Assembly (NCBI GenBank): GCA_016218805.1
Contig: JACRCW010000153.1
Location: forward strand, 1 to 64,000
Direction of reading: 5' to 3'
Length of the DNA stretch: 64,000 nt
From: Deltaproteobacteria bacterium
GTDB taxonomy: Bacteria > Myxococcota > JACRCW01
A program made the position numbers and the translations under genes. Below, piece by piece: positions 28,599 to 37,158 of the stretch (the stretch's first letter is position 1; each line of letters begins with the position of its first letter). A model generated the notes under the pieces. That model saw only the letters and a list, made by a program, of their open reading frames with translations. It did no database searches and had not been told where the DNA came from.

Positions 28599-28962
28599 GT
28601 GTTTCTGCCTCCCCCCGGCCGCCACCGCCGCAACCGGGAACCGGACAACCCCGGCAGTATTGCCTGCGGTCAAGGTTGCAGCATCCGTCGTTGGGTGGTC
28701 CAGTGTCCCACTCGTCGTGGGTGCGTCATGGCGCGGTGCCGCAACCGTTTGGCGCGCGTGGATACGCCCCTGCGGACGCTGCGTTGACGCATTGGGACGC
28801 TGGCCGCCGAGTCGAGTCCAGGCGCAGGGCGGTGTGGTGCTGGCGCAGGTGGAGAAGGGCGAAGAGGCGCGGTTGCCCGTGACTCACCGGCTGGTGCACC
28901 GCTGACGGCGACGCGGTTGGACCGCGCGTGGAACGCGGCAGTCCCGCAGTTGCTGCACCTCC

Positions 28963-29967
28963 TCAGTTCTTGATGATGTAGTTGACCACCAGTGATGGAG
29001 GCATGGTGTTGTGCGCGGCTCCTGCACCGGTGTTTTCCATGAGGTCCGCGCCGCCCCCCGGTGTGAAACCTGCGGCCCCGTTGGCAAAGCCCGCCAGCCC
29101 GGTGGTGGCGGCGGTATTCAGTTGTGCGGGTGTGGCTCCAACGCTGGCCTGGAGTCGGTGGTCATGCGCGGCCAGTTCCGCAACCGTGAGGACGTGGTTC
29201 TCTTCACCGCCGCGGCTGCCAAGCGCGTTGTCCAGCACGGCGGACGCCGCGCCGCCAGCGCCCACGGGCACGCGCCGCCGGAAGTCCGGGAGGTTGAAGG
29301 TGGTGGAGCCGTCGCCGGCGCCGTACGCGGTCTGGATGACGCCGTACAGCGCCCCATAGGTCGCTCGGGAAACCTCGCGGCCGTCACACAACAACCAACC
29401 CGGCGGTGCGCTGGTCCCGCCAAAGGGCGTCATGGCGCCGGTGGGAACGCTGCCGTCCCCGGAGATGCGCCCGCCCACCGGCAGGTCACCGTCCACCACA
29501 AACGCGCTGCCCGGCGCAGCCCGCAGGGCGTACGCCGAGGAACCCAGCCGCTGCCGCCCCGCCAACAGTACAAATGCCGCATCACCCGGGGCCGGCGCGG
29601 TGACCTGGACCTCCAGTTCCAGGAACATCTCCGCGCCGCCCAACGCACCAAAGGAACCACCGGTCACCGTCCCCGTGCCAAGGATGACCGCAAACCGACC
29701 GGCGCTCACACCCACACCCGTGAGCGTCTCCTGGTACAGCGGGCTGCCACCAACCCGAACCGCGTAGACGGAAAGCTGCACATTCATGGTGCCATCCACT
29801 GGCACGCCGTTCCTTTCCAGGAAGCCGCTGTAGGGGATGCCCGTGGAGTCCGTCTGTCCACCTCCCCACGCGGCAAGCGCCAAGTTGCCCCCGGTGAACA
29901 GGACGGCGAATGCCAGTGCGGCAGCCCCGGCAGACGCCACAACCTTTCGCTTGCTGTGGTGATCCAT
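28963..29967 (-). CDS. secreted protein with phage tail-collar domain
   Basis: Signal peptide ending LALA; VPTGAMTPFGGTSAPPGWLLCDG..YGAGDGSTTFNLPDFRRRVPVG..GGEENHVLT..HDH..HNTMPPSLVVNYIIK. Confidence 0.9.
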   Translation of the reverse strand: MDHHSKRKVVASAGAAALAFAVLFTGGNLALAAWGGGQTDSTGIPYSGFLERNGVPVDGTMNVQLSVYAVRVGGSPLYQETLTGVGVSAGRFAVILGTGTVTGGSFGALGGAEMFLELEVQVTAPAPGDAAFVLLAGRQRLGSSAYALRAAPGSAFVVDGDLPVGGRISGDGSVPTGAMTPFGGTSAPPGWLLCDGREVSRATYGALYGVIQTAYGAGDGSTTFNLPDFRRRVPVGAGGAASAVLDNALGSRGGEENHVLTVAELAAHDHRLQASVGATPAQLNTAATTGLAGFANGAAGFTPGGGADLMENTGAGAAHNTMPPSLVVNYIIKN

Positions 29968-30233
29968 GTGTTGCCTTCCCTGGAGTTGGGCGGCGGCTTG
30001 GCGCCGACGTCATGGTGCGCTGTCACTGTGCCAGACCGGGGATGGTCTGCAAGCTCGCTCCGCCGACGGAGCGCGCAAGCCACACCTGGACCTTCCCGCG
30101 GCTCCGGCCCCAGGTAGGCCTCTTTCCCGCCGCACACCCGTCGAGTCGGCGGGTCAACACCTTGACCACGCCGGCGGTGATTCGGGCCGGTGCCTCAGCG
30201 GCGCGCTGTGGGCACGGCACAACCCGGCCTGCT

Positions 30234-31049
30234 ATGGCTGCGCCCCGCATGGTGACGACGGAACAGGACGACAACCCGGTCACGCCCCGCGCGGTTGCCC
30301 TCCGCGACGGTTTCCGCCTCTGCGCCGCGCAGGAGTGGACCCGGCCCGGCGCCGCCGCGTCGGTGTTGCTGGCGTCACCGGCGGGCGCCGCCGCGGAGGG
30401 ATTGCACGCATTCTGCCGCGCGCTGTGTGAACGCAAACTCGACGTGCTGCTGTTCCCGCCCGCCGGGGAGGGTGCGGTCCCGTCACCGGCCGAGGACGCG
30501 GCACGGCTGGACGCGTGCGTGCGCGGTTGGCGGCCGCGTTCGCGCGGGCGGGTGTGCGTGATGGGGTCGGTGTTCCAGGCGCTCACCGCATTCAACGCGC
30601 TGCTGGCGGACGGCGCCGTGGACGCGGCCATCCTGCACGCGCCGGTGATGCCACGCCGCCTCCCGTTGCACCGCCGCTGGCACCTGGCGCGCGGGCGGAC
30701 TGCGGCGCTGGCCGCCCGCCTGTTTGGGGGCGTTCAGGTCCCGGCGGCGTGGGCGCTGCCCGGACCCGGGTCAGACGGCACGGTGGCACTGCGGGACCTG
30801 GCCGCGTGGTGTGACGCCGCCACGAGCGTGCCGCCGGGAGCCAACGTCAAGCCGGTGCTGTTCCTGGCGGGCGAACGCGACGAGCGCGTCCCACCCGCCC
30901 ACGTGCTGCGCCTCTACCAGGCCACGGGCGGTGACAAGCGCCTGGAGGTGGTGGCCGACGCCGGGCACGAGCTGCTGCGCGAGGACCCGGTGCGCACCGC
31001 CGAGGCGACCGCGCGGTTCATCCACGACGTGGTGGTGGCGCGCGGCTGA
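30234..31049 (+). CDS. alpha/beta-hydrolase fold protein (divergent)
   Basis: PVLFLAGERDERVP and DAGHELL retain Asp/His; the nucleophile elbow is atypical (VMGSVFQA). Start uncertain. Confidence 0.6.
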   Translation: MAAPRMVTTEQDDNPVTPRAVALRDGFRLCAAQEWTRPGAAASVLLASPAGAAAEGLHAFCRALCERKLDVLLFPPAGEGAVPSPAEDAARLDACVRGWRPRSRGRVCVMGSVFQALTAFNALLADGAVDAAILHAPVMPRRLPLHRRWHLARGRTAALAARLFGGVQVPAAWALPGPGSDGTVALRDLAAWCDAATSVPPGANVKPVLFLAGERDERVPPAHVLRLYQATGGDKRLEVVADAGHELLREDPVRTAEATARFIHDVVVARG

Positions 31050-31266
31050 GGCGGGTCACGCTTCTTCAGCGCTTCGGCTGCCTCGGGTGCGCGCACTCCG
31101 CCCCTTCCGCAACATTGGGACGCGACCCGGCCACTTCTGCCCGCCTCCACCACTTCAACAAGCAGTGCGGGCAACACCGGCCTGCGTGAAACATGCCCAG
31201 TCAAGACGCCACAGTCGGGCTTGCGGGAGGGGGTAGCAAGGCGCGCGCGGGCACGACACCCGCACC

Positions 31267-31707
31267 TCAGGATCCGGCCGCCCGGCGTGACATCAAGCGA
31301 GGCAACAGGAGCGCCTGTGCCACCCAGAACACCGTGCGCACCGTCATGGCGGCCACCGTGCGGCCCTCAAACGCACCACCCTGCACCACGTGGACGCCCA
31401 ACGCGCCGAAGACCGCGAGCGTCAGCACCGCGAGGAGGCGGGCGCCCCAGACCGCCCACGCGCGTTCCGCCAGCACCGCCAGGCCGGTGGCAACATAGAG
31501 AAAGCCCGCGCCGAAATTGAAGACGAGCACGAACGGCACGACGTTGCCGGCCGCTTCCCGCGCAGCCGCACCGCCGAACAGCGTGTGCCCGCCCTCGACC
31601 AGGGTGGCCACGCCGAACGCCACCGCCAGGCCACCCGCGAGCCAGCGCCACCAGGACGCACGACCGGGCCCGCCCGCGGTCACGCTCCCCACCACAGAAA
31701 CACCCAT
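31267..31707 (-). CDS. small 4-TM membrane protein
   Basis: Four hydrophobic helices (FGVATLVEGG, VPFVLVFNFGAGFLY, FEGRTVAAMTVR); GGAGG RBS upstream. Confidence 0.75.
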   Translation of the reverse strand: MGVSVVGSVTAGGPGRASWWRWLAGGLAVAFGVATLVEGGHTLFGGAAAREAAGNVVPFVLVFNFGAGFLYVATGLAVLAERAWAVWGARLLAVLTLAVFGALGVHVVQGGAFEGRTVAAMTVRTVFWVAQALLLPRLMSRRAAGS

Positions 31708-31813
31708 GACACCTCCGTCCGCTTGTAAGTAACAACTTTCAACGTCCCCGTCAAACGCACGGGCGTGACCGGCGACGGACCACAGACCATCACGTGCCCC
31801 TCATTGCAAAGCA

Positions 31814-31837
31814 AGTAATCGCTTACTACTAGTAAGC
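31814..31837. promoter_or_regulatory. candidate TetR operator (overlapping inverted repeats)
   Basis: AGTAA-tcgc-TTACT (31814-31827) and GCTTACT-act-AGTAAGC (31821-31837) in an AT-rich patch upstream of the RND-TetR operon. Confidence 0.6.
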
Positions 31838-31876
31838 ACATTCATACGTCATGGCGGTCACCCCTGGAGGTTCAAG

Positions 31877-33022
31877 ATGGTCTCCCGTCGCACCACCCTC
31901 GCTCCCGCCCTCGTGCTCACCGCGTGCGCCGGCAGCACGTCTCCGCCTCCCGCGCCCCGCGCCGTGCAAGCGGTGGTGGTGGCGCCGCGGGACGCCGCCG
32001 CCGTGAGCCGCTACTCGGGATCGCTGGCGCCGTGGGAGCAGGTGGAGCTGAGCTTCGCCGTGTCCGGCACCGTCCAGTCCATCGCCCAGGTCCACACGGA
32101 AGGGAGAACGCGGCCGCTGCAGGAGGGTGACCCCGTCCGGCACGGTGATCTGCTGGCGGCGCTTGACGACAGCGTGCTGCGGACCCGGGCGCGGGCGGCC
32201 ACCGCGACCCTGCGCAGCGCGGGCGCCCAGCTGGGTGCCACCGAAGCCGCCCTGGCGCAGACGACGGTGGAACTGGAGCGCGCCCGCCGGCTGCGCGGCG
32301 CGGGCACCATCCCGCTGGCGGAATACCAGCGCGCCGAAGCCGCGTTCGCCGCCGCGCGCGCCGGCGTGGAGGTGGCGCGGGCGCAACGCCTTGCCGCGGC
32401 CGAGCAATCCGCCGTGGCGCGCAGCACTGCCGAGGACACGCGCCTGGTCAGCCCGCTGGACGGCCTGCTCGCCCGCCGGCTGGTGGACGTGGGCGAAACG
32501 GTGGCCCCCGGAACCAGCGCGTTCACGGTCATCAATACCAGCCGGCTGTGCGTGGTGTTTGGCGTGCCGGGTCACCAGCTGATGGCCATGAAGCTGGGGC
32601 GCAGGTTGCCGGTGCACATTGAGGGCCTGCCGGGTGATGCGCTGGTTGGCACCGTCTCCAAGGTGCAGCCGGTGGCGGATCCGCTGCTGCGTTCGTTCTC
32701 CGTGGAGGTGACCATTGCCAACCCGGACAACCGCCTGCGGCCGGGCATGGTGGCCAGCATCACCACGCGCGGTGACGAGCCCGCCGCGCTCCTCATCCCG
32801 CTGGAATCGGTGGTGCGCGGTACCGCGTTGTCAGGCGGCCCGGGCTTCTCCGTCTGGGTGCTGCCACCCGGCGACGGCGGGGTACAGCTGCGCGCGGTGG
32901 AGCTGGGTGACCTGCACGGCAACGACGTCATGGTCACCGCGGGCCTGGCGCCGGGTGACGTGGTGGTCACCCAGGGTGCCCAGTTCATCCGTGCAGGCGA
33001 GCGCGTCGCGGTGCGGCCGTGA
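31877..33022 (+). CDS. RND efflux periplasmic adaptor (MFP) lipoprotein
   Basis: Lipobox LTAC; LSFAVSGTV; EGDPVRHGDLLAALD; coiled coil; SPLDG; LRPGM; GGAGG RBS. Confidence 0.93.
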   Translation: MVSRRTTLAPALVLTACAGSTSPPPAPRAVQAVVVAPRDAAAVSRYSGSLAPWEQVELSFAVSGTVQSIAQVHTEGRTRPLQEGDPVRHGDLLAALDDSVLRTRARAATATLRSAGAQLGATEAALAQTTVELERARRLRGAGTIPLAEYQRAEAAFAAARAGVEVARAQRLAAAEQSAVARSTAEDTRLVSPLDGLLARRLVDVGETVAPGTSAFTVINTSRLCVVFGVPGHQLMAMKLGRRLPVHIEGLPGDALVGTVSKVQPVADPLLRSFSVEVTIANPDNRLRPGMVASITTRGDEPAALLIPLESVVRGTALSGGPGFSVWVLPPGDGGVQLRAVELGDLHGNDVMVTAGLAPGDVVVTQGAQFIRAGERVAVRP

Positions 33023-36000
33023 ACATCCCGCGCCTGTTTGTGGAGCGGCGCCACATTGCCTGGGTGGCGCTGGTGGCGACGTTGATCTGGGGCGTCACCG
33101 CCTATGGGCGCATGCCGCAGCGCAAGGACCCGGAGGTGGTCATCAAGACCGCGGTGGTGACCGTGCCCTGGCCGGGCGCGGCGGCGGAGGACATTGAGAA
33201 CCTGGTCACGCGGCCGGTGGAACGGGTGGCCGGACAGGTTCCGCGCGTGGACCGGATCACGTCCACCACGCGCGCGGGCATTGCCACGGTGTTTGTCACG
33301 CTGGAGGACACCGCGCGGCGCGCGGACCTTGAGCCGGCGTGGTCAGACCTGCGTGCGCGCCTGGACCTGCTCCGCGGCACCCTCCCCGCCGGCGCCGGGA
33401 TGCCGCAACTCAACACGCACTTCGGCGACACGGCCACGGTCACCTACAGTGTGGCCAGTCCGCCGGTCAGCGACATGGAGCTGGACGTGCGGGCGGCCGC
33501 CATCCGCCGTGCACTGGAGGGACACCGCGCCGCCCGCGCGCAACCCGGCACGCGCGCGGCCACGGTGTTCATCCCCGCGGAAGGCATCGCGCGCGAGACG
33601 GTCGCCCGCGCCGCGGATCGCTACCTCGCGCGTGGCCGCGAACTCGGCGCATTGCGGGACGGCGCCGTGCTGTGGGGCGCGAGCTTTGTGGCGCTGGATT
33701 ACCAACCCGTGGACGAGGCGGCGCTGGCCCGGCTTGACCCGGCGTTCTGGGCGGAGGAACTGGGCGGAGAAGTGCCGCATCCCGACGTGTGGGGGCCGAT
33801 TTCCATCCGTGACATCAGCGACATCCGCCCACGGCTCGCCGCGGCGGCGGGGGACAAGTACTCGCACCGCGAACTGGATGAGTTCACCACGCACCTGCGC
33901 GATGAGATCGCTCGCCTGCCCGAAGTCGGCCGCGTGGATCGCCACGGCGTGGTGCCGGAGAAGGTCTACCTGCTGTACTCGCAGGAGAAGCTTGCTTCGT
34001 TTGGATTGCACCCGCGGCAGATTGGCGAGGCACTGCGCGCACACAACATCAATGTGCCCGGCGGCAGCGTCAGCACCGGCCGGCAGACGCTGCTGGTGGA
34101 GCCGTCCGGCGCCTTCTCCGGGCTCAATGAGATCCTTGACACCGTGGTGGCATCCGCCCGCGACGGCAGCCCGTTGTTTGTGCGTGACGTGGTGGAGGTG
34201 CACCGCACCTACGAGACCCCCATCACCGACGCGAGCTGGCTGACCTGGCGGGACGCGCGCGGCTGGCACAAGGGCCGCTCCGTCGCCGTGGCGGTGCAGG
34301 CCAAGAGCGGCGTGCAGGCGGTCAAGGTGGGTGAACAGGTGGACGAGCTGGTCAAGCGCATGGGTGACCAGCTTCCGGCGGACCTGGTCATTGCCAAGAC
34401 CAGTGACCAACCAGAACTGGTGGAGCACAAGATCTCCGAGTTCATGCGCAGCCTCGCCGAGGCGATCGCCATCGTCATCGCCATTGCACTGCTGTTCATG
34501 GAGCGCCGCAGCGCACTCCTGGTCGCGGCCAGCATCCCGCTGACGCTCGCCATGACTTTCGGTTTCATGGACCTGTTCGGCCTGGACCTTCAGCAGGTGT
34601 CCATCGCCTCGCTGATCATCGCCCTGGGCCTGTTGGTGGATGATCCGGTGATTGCCAGTGACGCCATCAACCGCGAGATTGCCGCCGGCGTGCCGCGGGA
34701 GCGCGCGGCCTGGCAGGGGCCAACCCGGCTGGCCAAGGCGATCCTGTTCGCGACCATCACCAACGTGGTGGCGTTTGCTCCGCTGTTGCTGGTCAAGGGC
34801 ACCATGGGCGATTTCATCTATTCACTGCCCATGGTGGTGTCGCTGTCGTTGATCTCCAGCCGCATTGTCTCCATGACGTTCATGCCGCTGCTGGGCTACC
34901 ACCTGTTGCGCGGCCAGAAGGGCTACGAGGCCGCGCTGGAAGGTGGCGGCCCCGGCGCCGAGATTGCCCGAAAATACAACGCCGTCACCGAGTGGATTCT
35001 TGCGCACAAGGCCAGGAGCTTCCTGGGCTTTGTGGCGTTCCTGCTGCTGGGCCTGGCGCCCGCCGTGTTGATCAAGGCCCAGTTCTTTCCCGAAGAGGCG
35101 ATGAGCCGCTTCTACGTCCACGTCCGCCTTCCCGAGGGATCGGACGTGCGCGCCACCGAGCAGATGGCGGAACAGGCGCGGCGGTTCCTGCTGCGCACTG
35201 AGGGAGACCAGCTCGAGCGCATCACCAGTTTCGTCGGCAACGGTGGCCCGCGCTGGTGGAGCAACGTCAGCCCGGACCCGAAGAACCCCGCGTATGCGCT
35301 GATGATCGTGCAGACCCGTGACGCGGAGCATTCCAAGGCAATGATCGGTCGGGTGCAGGCCACGCTGCGTTCTTCCGTGCCGGGCGCGCGGTTTGAGGTG
35401 TACCGCATTTCATCCGGCAAGCCGGCAGTGATGCCGGTGGAGGTGCGCGTCTCCGGTCCCGACCCCACGGCGCTGCGCGGGCTGGCCGAGCAGGTGAAGG
35501 ACGTGCTGCGCGCGGAGCCGCTGACCGCCGACGTCACCGACGACTGGGGCGCGGAAACGCTCAAGCTGACCATTGACGTGGATGACGGACGTGCGTCCGC
35601 GGCGGGCTTCACGCATGCGGATATCGCGAGTTCAGCGCAGGCCGGGTTCAGTGGCTCCCCGGTGACCCAACTGCGTGAGCGCGACCGGCTGGTGGACGTG
35701 GTGCTCCGGCTCAGGCCCGGCGAGCGCGGCGCGGCCGCGCAGGTGAAGGACCTCTACGTGTGGAGCAGCCGCAGCGGCCGTTCTGTTCCGGTGCAGCAGG
35801 TGGCCGACATCGGCCGGCGGTTCCAGGCGCCGAAGATCGTCCGCTACAATCAGGAGCGCACCATCACCGTGGGCGCCATCCCGCTTGATGGCGCGCTCCC
35901 GTCGTCGTTGCTCGCCGCGGTGCGGGAGCCTCTTGCCCGGATCGCGTTGGCGCCCGGCCATCGCTTTGAACTGGGTGGTGAGCAGGAGCAGCAGGCGCGG

Positions 36001-36528
36001 GCATTTGCCTCGGTGAGCATTGCGCTCAAGACATCCATTCTGTTGATCTTCCTCGTGCTGGTTTGGCAATTCGCACACTTCTTCAAGCCCTTCATCGTGT
36101 TCGCCTCCATTCCCTTTGGCTTGGTGGGCGTGGTGCTCGGGCTGGTGCTGACCGGGACGCACTTTGGGTTCATGGCGTTCCTTGGCGTGGCCAGTCTGGT
36201 GGGCGTCGTCGTCAGTCACATCATCGTGCTGTTTGATTTCATTGAGGAGGCCCGGGAGCACGGGGTGGAGCTGCACCGGGCCGTGATTGACGCCGGGCTG
36301 GTGCGGCTGCGGCCCGTGTTGGTGACGGTGCTCGCCACCGTGGGCGGGCTGGTGCCGCTGGCGCTGGAAGGCGGGCCCATGTGGCGCCAACTCGTCTACG
36401 TGCAGATCGGCGGTCTGCTGCTCGCCACGGTAGTGACCAAGGGCGTGGTACCGCTGCTGTACGTGGTGTTTGTGGAGACGCTGAAGGTCGTTGCGTGGAA
36501 GCGGACCGCACCAGACGGAGAGCACTGA
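33019..36528 (+). CDS. RND efflux permease (AcrB/AcrD/AcrF family)
   Basis: WPGAAAEDIENLVTRPVE, IIALGLLVDD, RLRPVLVT..GLVPL; GTGA overlap with the MFP gene. Confidence 0.95.
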   Translation: MNIPRLFVERRHIAWVALVATLIWGVTAYGRMPQRKDPEVVIKTAVVTVPWPGAAAEDIENLVTRPVERVAGQVPRVDRITSTTRAGIATVFVTLEDTARRADLEPAWSDLRARLDLLRGTLPAGAGMPQLNTHFGDTATVTYSVASPPVSDMELDVRAAAIRRALEGHRAARAQPGTRAATVFIPAEGIARETVARAADRYLARGRELGALRDGAVLWGASFVALDYQPVDEAALARLDPAFWAEELGGEVPHPDVWGPISIRDISDIRPRLAAAAGDKYSHRELDEFTTHLRDEIARLPEVGRVDRHGVVPEKVYLLYSQEKLASFGLHPRQIGEALRAHNINVPGGSVSTGRQTLLVEPSGAFSGLNEILDTVVASARDGSPLFVRDVVEVHRTYETPITDASWLTWRDARGWHKGRSVAVAVQAKSGVQAVKVGEQVDELVKRMGDQLPADLVIAKTSDQPELVEHKISEFMRSLAEAIAIVIAIALLFMERRSALLVAASIPLTLAMTFGFMDLFGLDLQQVSIASLIIALGLLVDDPVIASDAINREIAAGVPRERAAWQGPTRLAKAILFATITNVVAFAPLLLVKGTMGDFIYSLPMVVSLSLISSRIVSMTFMPLLGYHLLRGQKGYEAALEGGGPGAEIARKYNAVTEWILAHKARSFLGFVAFLLLGLAPAVLIKAQFFPEEAMSRFYVHVRLPEGSDVRATEQMAEQARRFLLRTEGDQLERITSFVGNGGPRWWSNVSPDPKNPAYALMIVQTRDAEHSKAMIGRVQATLRSSVPGARFEVYRISSGKPAVMPVEVRVSGPDPTALRGLAEQVKDVLRAEPLTADVTDDWGAETLKLTIDVDDGRASAAGFTHADIASSAQAGFSGSPVTQLRERDRLVDVVLRLRPGERGAAAQVKDLYVWSSRSGRSVPVQQVADIGRRFQAPKIVRYNQERTITVGAIPLDGALPSSLLAAVREPLARIALAPGHRFELGGEQEQQARAFASVSIALKTSILLIFLVLVWQFAHFFKPFIVFASIPFGLVGVVLGLVLTGTHFGFMAFLGVASLVGVVVSHIIVLFDFIEEAREHGVELHRAVIDAGLVRLRPVLVTVLATVGGLVPLALEGGPMWRQLVYVQIGGLLLATVVTKGVVPLLYVVFVETLKVVAWKRTAPDGEH

Positions 36529-37139
36529 TGTCCACCACCCGACGCCCCACCGCCCAGCGCCGCGAGGAAATCGCCGACGCCGCACTGCGCATCATCGAGA
36601 ACCACGGTATCGTCGCGCTGACCACGTCGTCACTTGCGCGGGCGGTGGGGCTCACCACCGGCGCGCTGTTCCGGCATTTTGATTCAACCGAGGCGATCTT
36701 GGAGGCGGTGGCGGAGCGCGTGGAGACGCTGCTGCGCGCCACCCTGCCCGACGCGGACCTGCCGCCGCGCGTGCGGCTGGAGCGCTTCCTTGACGCGCGC
36801 TCGGCCGTTGCGGGCAAGCATGCAGGGATCCTGCGGTTGATGACCTCCGAGCAGTTCACGCTGGCATTGCCGCCGGGCGCAAAACGCCGTCTGCGCGCGG
36901 CGGTGGCGGAGACCCGAGCGCTGGTGACAAGGACCCTTGCGGATGGGCAGGCGGAGGGTGCCTTCCGCGACGATCAGCCCGCCGATGCGCTGGCGGTGAT
37001 CGTCCTGGGTACGCTCAAGATGCTGGCGTTTGCCGCGGCGGTGGGTGGTGCGCCAGAGGCCCAGTCCGCGCGCGTTCGCGCCACGCTGCGCGCGCTCCTT
37101 GAGCGCCAAGCAGGCCGCCCCAAGCGCCGGAAGGCGTGA
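36528..37139 (+). CDS. TetR/AcrR family transcriptional regulator
   Basis: RREEIADAALRII..LARAVGLTTGALFRHF HTH; TGATG coupling. Confidence 0.93.
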   Translation: MSTTRRPTAQRREEIADAALRIIENHGIVALTTSSLARAVGLTTGALFRHFDSTEAILEAVAERVETLLRATLPDADLPPRVRLERFLDARSAVAGKHAGILRLMTSEQFTLALPPGAKRRLRAAVAETRALVTRTLADGQAEGAFRDDQPADALAVIVLGTLKMLAFAAAVGGAPEAQSARVRATLRALLERQAGRPKRRKA

Positions 37140-37158
37140 CGGGCCCTGCGCGCGCTGC

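Noticed and set aside
28963..29967. Prophage remnant
   Set aside because: The tail-collar gene has a signal peptide, and no integrase, capsid, terminase or baseplate genes are in the window.
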